This document shows positions 27,215 to 36,551 of a stretch of DNA of 64,000 nucleotides, one piece after another. Every line of letters begins with the position of its first letter. Within the stretch, counting starts at the first letter, position 1. Made by a program: the position numbers and the translations under genes. The stretch comes from a bacterium (GTDB lineage: Bacteria > Patescibacteriota > Minisyncoccia > Phycocordibacterales > Zambryskibacteraceae), in assembly GCA_030649135.1 (NCBI GenBank), contig JAUSGI010000006.1:32001-96000 (forward strand), in the 5' to 3' direction. The notes below the pieces were generated by a model that searched no databases, had not been told where the DNA came from, and was given only the letters and a program-made list of their open reading frames with translations.

Positions 27215-27782
27215 AATAGTTTTTGATATAGAAACAAAAAACTTCTTCCAGGAGGTCGGTAAAAATGACCCATCCCTCTTGGACCTCTCCTTGGTTGCTA
27301 TCTATGATTCCCTGACTGACTCGTATTCTTCGTACTTGGAAGAAGAGCTGGGAAAACTCTGGCCGATACTCGAGCGGGCCGACATGCTCATTGGTTTTAA
27401 TTCAGACCATTTCGACATTCCCCTACTTAATAAATACTACCCGGGAGATTTGACAAAAATAAAGAGTCTAGATATTTTAAAAGAAATCAAAGACTCTTAC
27501 GGACGCCGGATGCGCCTCGACCAGTTGGCGGAAGGAACACTTGGTAAAAATAAATCAGGCCACGGCGCAGATGCTACGGACTGGTGGAAGGCAGGCGATG
27601 TGGAAAGAGTCCGCGCCTATTGCCTAGATGACGTCAAACTCACTAAGGGACTCTACGACTACGCTCTTGCCAACAACAAACTTATATTCAAAGAAGGAGG
27701 TGCCCTCAATGAAATTAAACTGGACACTTCCGGATGGGAAAAAGCCAACGACCACAAACTCACTTTCTCTCTGCCATTTTGA
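27207..27782 (+). CDS. DEDDy-type 3'-5' exonuclease (DnaQ/RNase D-like fold)
   Basis: Exo I VFDIET, Exo II GFNSDHFDIPLL, Exo III YCLDDVKLTKGLY. Overlaps the hisS-like stop by 8 nt. Confidence 0.7.
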   Translation: MRKIVFDIETKNFFQEVGKNDPSLLDLSLVAIYDSLTDSYSSYLEEELGKLWPILERADMLIGFNSDHFDIPLLNKYYPGDLTKIKSLDILKEIKDSYGRRMRLDQLAEGTLGKNKSGHGADATDWWKAGDVERVRAYCLDDVKLTKGLYDYALANNKLIFKEGGALNEIKLDTSGWEKANDHKLTFSLPF

Positions 27783-27811
27783 ATGCTATAATATTTACTT
27801 AATAAAAAACG

Positions 27812-28498
27812 ATGGAATCAACACCACAAAATAAATACCTTATCCCTTTAGCTATCATAGCCGCGGGCGGTTTGGTCGCAGTCGCCATTTACTTCGGCGG
27901 TTCGACAAGCTCACCGCAAGCGGTCGTAAATAATACAGGCCCAGAAATTGACCTCCCTCCTGTCACAGAGAAGGACCACATCATCGGCAGCAGGAACGCC
28001 GACTTGGTGATAGTCGAGTATTCAGATACCGAATGTCCTTTTTGTAAAACCTTCCACAACACTATGAAAGAGGTGGTACAAACTTACGAGGGAAAAGTGG
28101 CCTGGGTTTACAGACATTTCCCAATCGTCCAATTACATTCCAAGGCGCCTAAAGAGGCGGAAGCCACAGAGTGCGCAGCAGAACTCGGAGGTAATCAGAT
28201 TTTTTGGGACTACATCGATAAACTTTTGGAAACTACCAAATCCAACGACTCACTTAACCCAAGCGAGTTGCCGAAAATAGCAACATCTGTAGGGCTTGAT
28301 GCGACTGCATTCACTACATGTCTCTCAAGCGGTAAATATACCGAATTGGTACAAAAGAGTGTGGAAGAAGCAATTAAGGCCGGCGCCCTGGGGACACCTT
28401 ACTCCATTATCGTCACCAAAGATGGTCAAAAAATAGTGATAAACGGAGCCGAACCGCTTAGAGACGTTAAGCTGAAAATTGACGCCCTGCTTAAGTAA
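27812..28498 (+). CDS. DsbA-like thiol:disulfide oxidoreductase, membrane-anchored
   Basis: CPFC active site (SDTECPFCKTFH). N-terminal TM helix. Confidence 0.75.
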   Translation: MESTPQNKYLIPLAIIAAGGLVAVAIYFGGSTSSPQAVVNNTGPEIDLPPVTEKDHIIGSRNADLVIVEYSDTECPFCKTFHNTMKEVVQTYEGKVAWVYRHFPIVQLHSKAPKEAEATECAAELGGNQIFWDYIDKLLETTKSNDSLNPSELPKIATSVGLDATAFTTCLSSGKYTELVQKSVEEAIKAGALGTPYSIIVTKDGQKIVINGAEPLRDVKLKIDALLK

Positions 28499-28501
28499 CT
28501 T

Positions 28502-30043
28502 CTAAACTCTTTCTTCAAGATACTTGAGGATAGCATACATCGCATAAGTATCTAAGCCGCAGTATTCTCGAAGATCATCCATTATTTTCTCTTTCTTATC
28601 CGAGTCTTTCCCGCGTAAAACAGTTTGCATCCAGACACGTTGTGCTTGCCCGCCTTCGGAAATATTGAGCTTTTTATAACTGAATTCCGGGAGAAGCGCC
28701 GGCAAGACCGACTTTATTGAAGCCTTGCCGAAGAAGTCTTTATCTACAAACCACCCTTTGGAAAATGGAATCATCAGGTCAACCATCCTTTCATTGACTC
28801 CCGCCAGAAACTTTTCATATTTGGGATGCATTTTCCCCATCTCTGTGTTTCTAGCTTTTTCAAAAGTCATGTACCAGGAAATGACAGAGCCTTTGGCATC
28901 CCGCCTGCTAGCGCCTGAGCTTAGCGATGGCGGGCAGGCAAAATCATTTTGGAGGTGTTCCAGGAGGGCCGGCACCGGGTCGGAATTATCCGTGTGCAAA
29001 TACTCCTTCTGTCTCAGTTCCCCACCCGGTTTATCCAGAATATGCAGAGAATATTGGAAAGGCACTTGCTGATATGGCCGATAACCATCAAAGGCCGGTA
29101 TCACGCTTGCAAGAGTCTCATAATCCAAAAAATATAATGGGTACTCTAAATCGTTGAGAAAGGCTTTAATCTCTTCCTTGTTTATATGTTGTGTCCCGGA
29201 CTTCATGGCTTCGACTTGCCGCAATTGTTTTTCCGTAAGAGGCCCATCAAGCGGAATGTCATCGAGAAGTTCTATGCCATTGTCTTCGAGCCACGCAATA
29301 GTCTTTACATCGGGACCGGCGAGTTTATAGATGCTGTACTTAGGAAACTCTCCTTTTATAGCTTGTACAATACTAAGCCACTCTTCTATCACGCCTGCAT
29401 TCTGTTTGAGATGGCGCGGGGAGAGGTCAGGCATCTTCTTTTCTTTCAATATCTCAAATGCTTTTTGGATATTCTCTTTTGTTTCCTCAATTATTTCTCG
29501 TACTTCCTCGGTCACATCTGTTTTTTCAGAAATCAGAGCGGGATCAATCTCGCCCTGTCTTACATATTTATTATTGACATGCAGGACAAACATCTTGCGC
29601 ACAGAAAGTCCCGCGCTCTCTAAAACGATAGTCTGGAACGCAAGGTCTGGGATATGTTCAGGTTTGACGCTGGTGGAAGATTTTATTTCGTAAAGGTCAT
29701 AAGTTTTATCACCTGTTTTTTCCAAGACATCGAAAATAGAAGTAATATTATCGGCCTCTACCCTACCTTGTAGTATTACTTCCGTTCCCTTCTCAATTTC
29801 CTTAGCTGTAAGCTCCGGCAGAGCATAATACTTAGTGCCGCTGAATTCATTATCATTCTTGTAACCAAGCTTAGCCGCTTTAGGGAAAAGTTTTTCGGCA
29901 TACTGTTCGAATAGAGACCCTTCGTCGAAAAGTGCCTGTAGACCCTCGTCCGGCACCGGCAACTTTTCTTTATCGAATTTCTTAAGCCACAACCACGCCG
30001 GGTGCTTCAGAAACATCATGAATTCTGATTTGGAGATAACCAT
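28502..30043 (-). CDS. DUF2779-like protein: N-terminal PD-(D/E)xK nuclease-like plus C-terminal RNase H-like/exonuclease-like domain
   Basis: 513 aa. Motifs D..YEIKSST and LYFLDYETL. Confidence 0.55.
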   Translation of the reverse strand: MVISKSEFMMFLKHPAWLWLKKFDKEKLPVPDEGLQALFDEGSLFEQYAEKLFPKAAKLGYKNDNEFSGTKYYALPELTAKEIEKGTEVILQGRVEADNITSIFDVLEKTGDKTYDLYEIKSSTSVKPEHIPDLAFQTIVLESAGLSVRKMFVLHVNNKYVRQGEIDPALISEKTDVTEEVREIIEETKENIQKAFEILKEKKMPDLSPRHLKQNAGVIEEWLSIVQAIKGEFPKYSIYKLAGPDVKTIAWLEDNGIELLDDIPLDGPLTEKQLRQVEAMKSGTQHINKEEIKAFLNDLEYPLYFLDYETLASVIPAFDGYRPYQQVPFQYSLHILDKPGGELRQKEYLHTDNSDPVPALLEHLQNDFACPPSLSSGASRRDAKGSVISWYMTFEKARNTEMGKMHPKYEKFLAGVNERMVDLMIPFSKGWFVDKDFFGKASIKSVLPALLPEFSYKKLNISEGGQAQRVWMQTVLRGKDSDKKEKIMDDLREYCGLDTYAMYAILKYLEERV

Positions 30044-30044
30044 T

Positions 30045-31253
30045 CTAATACCCCCTTAGCCTGTTTATTTTTTCGTGCTGGCGGATTTTTTCGTGGGCTT
30101 TGGCTTCTATTTGGCGAATACGTTCACGAGTGACGCCGAAAACTTTTCCCACTTCTTCGAGCGTGTGAGTATAACCGTCGACCAGCCCATGACGCATCTC
30201 CAAAATTTTCCTTTCCTTAGGAGGTAAGTCACCCAAGATTTCTTTCACCTGGTCAGAAACAATACGCCGTGAGGAGTCCTGGTCCGGGGACAGAATCTTG
30301 TCATCGGCCAAGAAATCCCCAAGCTTGCTCTTATCGTCTTCGCCGTCATTGCCCACCGGACTCTCAAGTGATACCGTGGACTGGTCAATTTTTTCGATCT
30401 GATAAATTTTCTCAACATCCAAATTCATCTCCAGAGCAATTTCTTCCTGTAGCGGGTCTCGGCCGAGGTCCTGCGTCAGGCGCCTAACTACTTGTTTATA
30501 TTTGGCGATAGTCTCCACCATGTGCACCGGTACGCGGATAGTGCGAGACTGGTCTGCCAGAGCACGAGTGATGGCCTGTCTAATCCACCATGTCGCATAG
30601 GTTGAAAATTTAAATCCTTTGGTCCAGTCAAACTTCTCTACCGCCTTATGCAACCCCAAATTTCCTTCCTGAATAAGGTCAAGCAGAGTAAGATCGGGAC
30701 TACGATTGGCGTATTTTTTGGCAATTGAGACCACCAGACGGAGATTGGCTTTCATTAAGAGGTTCTTGGCGTCCTCGTCTCCGCCTTCGATTCTTTTGGC
30801 CAGCTCTTTTTCCATCGCACCGGCAATGAGAGGATACTGGCCGATTTCCCTAAGATACATTTGAATGGAATCGTAGGATGAGTCACCTCTTGAGTAGGCG
30901 TAGTGCTTACCGGTTTCTGCTTCCGGCATTTCCAACAACCCTCCCCCTTCAAGAATATCGACACCCATGACATGCAACTTTTCATACAACTCATCCAGAA
31001 ACACAATATTGGTCTCAATATTCGGAAACTCTTTCAAAATTTCATCGTAGGTGACAAAACCACGGTCTTTGCCGCGCGAGATAAGACGTCCCATCTTGGA
31101 GGCCTCCTCCATGTTCTTTTTAGATATGGGCCTGGCTTTCGCTTTGCGCTTCTTTTTCGTCTTATGAGTCTTGGAGGCAACAGACCTTTTGTTGGGCTGT
31201 TTTTTACTCACCTTTTTGGATTTCTTAATTTTATGTTTTTTATTTTTTTTCAT
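30045..31253 (-). CDS. rpoD: RNA polymerase sigma factor RpoD (sigma-70)
   Basis: Region 2/3/4 motifs LIQEGNLGLHKAVEKFD and TYATWWIRQAITRAL. Basic N-terminal tail. Confidence 0.9.
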   Translation of the reverse strand: MKKNKKHKIKKSKKVSKKQPNKRSVASKTHKTKKKRKAKARPISKKNMEEASKMGRLISRGKDRGFVTYDEILKEFPNIETNIVFLDELYEKLHVMGVDILEGGGLLEMPEAETGKHYAYSRGDSSYDSIQMYLREIGQYPLIAGAMEKELAKRIEGGDEDAKNLLMKANLRLVVSIAKKYANRSPDLTLLDLIQEGNLGLHKAVEKFDWTKGFKFSTYATWWIRQAITRALADQSRTIRVPVHMVETIAKYKQVVRRLTQDLGRDPLQEEIALEMNLDVEKIYQIEKIDQSTVSLESPVGNDGEDDKSKLGDFLADDKILSPDQDSSRRIVSDQVKEILGDLPPKERKILEMRHGLVDGYTHTLEEVGKVFGVTRERIRQIEAKAHEKIRQHEKINRLRGY

Positions 31254-31314
31254 GGTTCGACTTTACTCACCATGACCCTGAGCTGTGTCGAAGGGTCATC
31301 AAATATGCCTTATC

Positions 31315-32931
31315 TTACAACATTTTCTTCTTTTCCTCGAGAGCCCTCATTTGACCGTGAACTTTTTGAATCCTCACGGTTAAGCTCGCAATCAATTTGC
31401 CGTCTTTGGACACCTCTGCCTGCGTAAGCTCGGAGAGCAGATGACTTAGATTATCGCGCAACACAATACCAGAGAGATTGTCCGAGAGTTCCGCCTCTTC
31501 TTTCTTAAGTACGACAAGCTCTGGAGCAGACTCCGGTAACTCTTTCTGCCAAAGTCTCATTTCAGCCAGGCGCTCTTCGATTTGCTCTCGATACGATGGC
31601 GGAAGTATTTTCTCGGCCTCGTCACCGAGAGCCAGCTTGGAGTCGGGCATCGGAGCGACATCAGCCCGTTTGGCTTTCTTCAAATCTTCCCAGAGTATTT
31701 CTTCCTTAATGCCTGTGCGCTTGGCAAGCATAGAAATAAAATAAGACTGTTCAATGGCACTTCCGATAATTTTTACCAGAGGCAAAATTCTTTTTTCGAC
31801 CAATTTGCCGAGCTTTCTCGGGTTCTTTTCTTTCTCTTCAACTTTGTTGAAGAAGAACTCCACTGCCGGCAAAGATTGCCTAAGAATATCTCTCCATACA
31901 AGAGGGTCCTCTTGTGCTATTTCCGCCGGGTCACGGCCCGATGGCACATTTGCCACTTTTACTTCAAGACCCAAGGCTATTCCAAGTATGCTTGCCTTCT
32001 CCGCCGCTTTTTCTCCCGCAGAATCACCATCAAAAGCAAGGATTATCCGAGCGGAAAGACGTTTGAGACGCTCCAGATGTGTGCGGGTAAAGGCAGTCCC
32101 GGAGGAGGCGACGGTGTTATCCACTCCGGCCTGATGAGAAAGGACCAAATCCATCTGTCCTTCCACAAGCACCGTATAATCCTTCTTGCGTATATGGTCC
32201 TTGGCCTTATCCAAACCGTAGAGCACTTCGCTTTTGGTGAAGAGAATCGTATCAGGACTGTTGAGATATTTTGGTTCTGTCTCTTTCGCGAGAGCCCGAC
32301 CGGAGAAAGCGATAATCCATCCGTTCGAATCGGCCATGGGGAAAATGATGCGGTCGCGGAAAACATCATAGGGTTCTTTAGTGGCATTGGCGTCGCTGGT
32401 CTTCGCCAGACCAGCCCTGGAGATAATTTGTCTGTCATGTCCAAGAGCCTCCAGATGGTTAAAAAGCACGCGCCATTCGGCTGGTGCATAACCGATACGC
32501 CATTTCTTGACGGTCTCATCGTTTATCCCTCTGGAAGCCAAGTAACTTTTAGCCGGTTCATTCCCGGCTAACTCCTTTTCAAAGAACTGTGTGGCATCTT
32601 CCAAAACTCCAAGAATTTTATCCTTCTCTGTTTTTGACTCACCACCACGATATTCAATCTCCACACCGGCTTTCTCCGCCAAGAGCTTCAAAGCTCCCCG
32701 AAAATCTAAACCCTCTACTGTCTCTACGAAAGTAAAGATGTCTCCCTTGGCCCCGCAACCAAAACAGTAGAAACTCTGGCGCACGGGTGACACGAAGAAA
32801 GACGGGGTCTTCTCGGTATGAAACGGGCAACGTGCTTTGAGACTAGTCCCCGCTTTCTCGAGTTTGACATATCCGGAGATAACTTCGGCTATGTCTAACC
32901 TTTCTTTGATTGTGTCAACATCGCCTCGCAT
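31315..32931 (-). CDS. dnaG: DNA primase DnaG
   Basis: CHC2 zinc finger CPFHTEKTPSFFV..YCFGCGAKGD. Toprim region. dnaG-rpoD arrangement. Confidence 0.9.
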   Translation of the reverse strand: MRGDVDTIKERLDIAEVISGYVKLEKAGTSLKARCPFHTEKTPSFFVSPVRQSFYCFGCGAKGDIFTFVETVEGLDFRGALKLLAEKAGVEIEYRGGESKTEKDKILGVLEDATQFFEKELAGNEPAKSYLASRGINDETVKKWRIGYAPAEWRVLFNHLEALGHDRQIISRAGLAKTSDANATKEPYDVFRDRIIFPMADSNGWIIAFSGRALAKETEPKYLNSPDTILFTKSEVLYGLDKAKDHIRKKDYTVLVEGQMDLVLSHQAGVDNTVASSGTAFTRTHLERLKRLSARIILAFDGDSAGEKAAEKASILGIALGLEVKVANVPSGRDPAEIAQEDPLVWRDILRQSLPAVEFFFNKVEEKEKNPRKLGKLVEKRILPLVKIIGSAIEQSYFISMLAKRTGIKEEILWEDLKKAKRADVAPMPDSKLALGDEAEKILPPSYREQIEERLAEMRLWQKELPESAPELVVLKKEEAELSDNLSGIVLRDNLSHLLSELTQAEVSKDGKLIASLTVRIQKVHGQMRALEEKKKML

Positions 32932-35900
32932 ATCAATTTTTCTTTGAAGCCTCCTTTGAAGCTGGTACCGGCCGGGATAAGACGACCGATGATGACGTTT
33001 TCTTTTAATCCCACCAGATTATCTTTGGCGCCCCGAATAGCTGCCTGAATCAACACGCGAGGCGTATGCTGGAACGAAGCGGCGGAGAGGAAGCTCGAAC
33101 GCGAGAGCGAAACCTCCGTAATACCCATGACAACCGCATCGGCGACTGCCTCCTCTAAACCTCGCTCCTTCATGCGGTTATTGATTTCCGTTAGTTCGGA
33201 AACTTCCACAATATCTCCACGAGTCAAGTGGGTGTCTCCGGCATCTTTAATCTTACGACGGGCAAACATTTGGCGTACGATTAGTTCGATATGTTTGTGA
33301 GATACGGCGGCGCCTTGAAGCTCATAGAGTTTAGAGACTTCGTGAATAACGTAGTTTTCGGTTTTTTCTCGGCCGGCATAACGGAAGAGTTCATCGAGGT
33401 CCACCGAACCGTCCGTTATCACATCACCCTTTTTGACATTCTGCCCAACCTTCACCAGAAGCGTCCTGGAAGCTTGGACTGTGTACTCGTTGTCGAGTTT
33501 TTTCGTTTTCGTTTCGCCCGCATCAGGTGTGACCACTATGAGCTTATCGTAACCAAGCACTTTCACTTCTGTCACCATCCCGTCAAGATGACTGATGACC
33601 GCGGGGCTTTTGGGTTTGCGTTTCTCGAATATTTCCTCAACACGTGGCAGACCGGCAGTAATGTCACCGCCAGCCGAAGCAATACCACCCGCGTGGAAGG
33701 TGCGCATGGTCAGCTGTGTTCCAGGCTCGCCGATAGCTTGAGCAGCCACCGTACCGACCGCTTCTCCCAATTCGACCGGCTTGTTGTTACCAAGGTCAAC
33801 ACCATAGCACTTGATGCAGACACCATGTATAGATTTGCAAGCCAGAGGCGAACGAACGTTTATAGACTCAATCGAAGTTTTGTCTACCGTTTCAGCGTCA
33901 CTTTTGGTGATGAGATGCCCTCGTTTGAACAAGAGTACGCCCGCGCCATCGGATAGGTCACTAGCCAGAAATCTGCCTTTAATCTTTTTGGAGAGCGGAA
34001 TCTCAATACCAGAGGCGGTTTTCTTATGGATAAACGTGCCGTCCTTGGTACCACAATCTTCTTCGGTCACAATCTCGTCTTGTGCGACGTCAAAGAGGCG
34101 ACGAGTCAGATAACCGGCCTTGGCGGTATTGAGAGCCGTATCGGTTAAACCCTTGCGACTGCCGTGAGTGGTGATGAAATATTCAAGGGGGGTGAGTCCT
34201 TCTTTGTAACATGACAAAATTGGAAACTCGAGAGATTCGCCTGAAATAGATGCGATGATACCCTTCATACCGGCCATTTGGTTAAGGTTACCGAGGGAAC
34301 CTCTGGCCTCCGAATAGGTCATATCGTAAACGGAATCATTGATGCCTAAAGTACCCGGGATGAGCTTCTCAACCTCGGCTTTAATACCCTGCCATATTTC
34401 GACCGATTTAGTAATACGTTCATGTTCGGAGAGAAGACCTTCTCTGTATTGACCGACCACCTCACTCACGGCTGCGCGACCTTTATCAATAATAACTTTC
34501 TTGCCTGGAGGAATCTTGACATCTCCAAGCCCCCAAGTTACTCCGGAAATAGTGGCGTAGCGGAAGCCGAAATCTTTAATCTTGTCCATGATCGGGGGCA
34601 AGTTATCAATGCCGTAGCGTTCAATCAAATCGTCGACCAATTCCGACATCTTCTTGCGGCTCATTTCGTGATTTAGGAACGGATAGTCCTTGGGCAAGAT
34701 ACCGTTAAACAGAAGCCGTCCGACGGACGTTTCGAAGACTTTTCCTTCAAACTGTTTATATCTCTCCGTATTGGTCGGGAGAATAGAAATTTTAGCGCGT
34801 AGACTGACTGCCCCAAACTCATAAGCGGTCACGGCACTATTCGGACTGGAGTAATATCTGCCCTCTCCTTTCTCACCGACAAGTGTTCGGGTTACCCAGT
34901 AAGTACCGAGCACGATATCAAGGAGTTTTGCCGAAACTACCGGTTCACCGTTACCGGGCTTTAGAATATTTTTGTCTGCGGCCATAATCAGGCGAGCTTC
35001 AGCCTGAGCTTCTTCGGAGAGAGGCACATGGACAGCCATCTGGTCACCATCAAAATCGGCGTTGAAAGCGGTGCAGACCAGCGGGTGAAGTTGGATAGCA
35101 TTGCCCTCAATCAGTATTGGCTGGAAGGCTTGGATACCCAAACGGTGTAACGTTGGAGCGCGGTTCAAGAGCACATACTTGCCACGAATAACTTCTTCAA
35201 GGATAGCCCAAACTTCCGGAATAGCATCTTCGATAAGACGGCGAGCGCCGGGAATATTGAAGGAAAGTTCGCGTTTCAATAGTTCAGAAATAATGAATGG
35301 CTTGAAAAGTTCCAGAGCCATATGTTTCGGCAAACCGCATTGATGAAGCTTCAATTCCGGACCAACCACAATTACCGAGCGACCGGAATAGTCCACGCGT
35401 TTCCCCAACAGATTTTGTCTGAAAAGACCCCTTTTGCCCTTGAGATTGTCGGAGAGTGATTTGAGCGGCCGGCGCTGAGATTGGTTGCCGGAGACACTCG
35501 AATGCCTGATGGTGTTGTCGATGAGGGCATCGACCGCTTCTTGGAGAATTCTTTTCTCGTTACGTAAAATGACGTCTGGAGCGTTAATCTCTTTAAGTTT
35601 CTTGAGACGATTATTGCGATTAATAACGCGACGATAGAGGTCATTAACATCAGAGGTGGCGTAGCGTCCGCCATCCAGAGGCACCATCGGTCTAATAGCC
35701 GGCGGAATAACCGGAATGCGTACCAGAAACATCCATTCCGGCCTATTACCGGAATTAATCATCCACTGGACAGTCGAGATACGTTTGTTCAGGCGGACAA
35801 TCTCCGTCGAAGGCGCGTGCTCAAGTTCTATCGCAAGCTCCTTCAAAAGTTTCCCGAGGTCAAGACCTTTTAAAATATCGTAAATTGCTTCTGCCCCAAT

Positions 35901-36551
35901 ACCCGCCTCAAAAATAGTCGGATATTTAATGGACGAGCGGTGATACTCGATTTCATTGAGCACTTGCCCGGGTACCAGAGACTCAATATCACGCCGGGTG
36001 CTAAGCGCCAGTTCCTTGAGCGCGAGTTTGCTTTTATCATCCTTTAGGGACTTGGTTTTAGCTTTAAATTCCGATTCTAAATCCTTGAGCACACGAGCCT
36101 TTTCCGATTCCGAAACACTAGTGACAATATAGCCGGCAAAGTAAATAACCTTTTCAAGTTCCGAGACAGGAATACCCATTACCAAAGAAATTCGCGATGG
36201 CACGTTTTTTAAAAACCAGATATGGGCTACCGGGGTGGCAAGCTCTATATGACCCATGCGATCGCGCCGCACAATAGAACGCGTGATTTCCACGCCGCAC
36301 TTCTCGCAAACAATACCTTTGTATCGAATACCGCGGTATTTGCCGCAATAACACTCGAAATCCTTATCGGGCCCAAAAATCTTTTCGTCGAAGAGGCCGT
36401 TTCTCTCGCTCCTTTGCGTGCGGTAGTTAATAGTTTCCGGTTTGGTAACTTCGCCATGCGACCACTCCTTGATGCATTCCGGAGATGCCAGCCTAATGCT
36501 TATCGCATTAAATTGTTCCGCGTCGTTCACTTTTATTTTATAATTATGCAT
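32895..36551 (-). CDS. rpoC: DNA-directed RNA polymerase subunit beta' (RpoC)
   Basis: 1218 aa. Catalytic NADFDGDQMAVHVPLS. Confidence 0.95.
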   Translation of the reverse strand: MHNYKIKVNDAEQFNAISIRLASPECIKEWSHGEVTKPETINYRTQRSERNGLFDEKIFGPDKDFECYCGKYRGIRYKGIVCEKCGVEITRSIVRRDRMGHIELATPVAHIWFLKNVPSRISLVMGIPVSELEKVIYFAGYIVTSVSESEKARVLKDLESEFKAKTKSLKDDKSKLALKELALSTRRDIESLVPGQVLNEIEYHRSSIKYPTIFEAGIGAEAIYDILKGLDLGKLLKELAIELEHAPSTEIVRLNKRISTVQWMINSGNRPEWMFLVRIPVIPPAIRPMVPLDGGRYATSDVNDLYRRVINRNNRLKKLKEINAPDVILRNEKRILQEAVDALIDNTIRHSSVSGNQSQRRPLKSLSDNLKGKRGLFRQNLLGKRVDYSGRSVIVVGPELKLHQCGLPKHMALELFKPFIISELLKRELSFNIPGARRLIEDAIPEVWAILEEVIRGKYVLLNRAPTLHRLGIQAFQPILIEGNAIQLHPLVCTAFNADFDGDQMAVHVPLSEEAQAEARLIMAADKNILKPGNGEPVVSAKLLDIVLGTYWVTRTLVGEKGEGRYYSSPNSAVTAYEFGAVSLRAKISILPTNTERYKQFEGKVFETSVGRLLFNGILPKDYPFLNHEMSRKKMSELVDDLIERYGIDNLPPIMDKIKDFGFRYATISGVTWGLGDVKIPPGKKVIIDKGRAAVSEVVGQYREGLLSEHERITKSVEIWQGIKAEVEKLIPGTLGINDSVYDMTYSEARGSLGNLNQMAGMKGIIASISGESLEFPILSCYKEGLTPLEYFITTHGSRKGLTDTALNTAKAGYLTRRLFDVAQDEIVTEEDCGTKDGTFIHKKTASGIEIPLSKKIKGRFLASDLSDGAGVLLFKRGHLITKSDAETVDKTSIESINVRSPLACKSIHGVCIKCYGVDLGNNKPVELGEAVGTVAAQAIGEPGTQLTMRTFHAGGIASAGGDITAGLPRVEEIFEKRKPKSPAVISHLDGMVTEVKVLGYDKLIVVTPDAGETKTKKLDNEYTVQASRTLLVKVGQNVKKGDVITDGSVDLDELFRYAGREKTENYVIHEVSKLYELQGAAVSHKHIELIVRQMFARRKIKDAGDTHLTRGDIVEVSELTEINNRMKERGLEEAVADAVVMGITEVSLSRSSFLSAASFQHTPRVLIQAAIRGAKDNLVGLKENVIIGRLIPAGTSFKGGFKEKLICEAMLTQSKKG

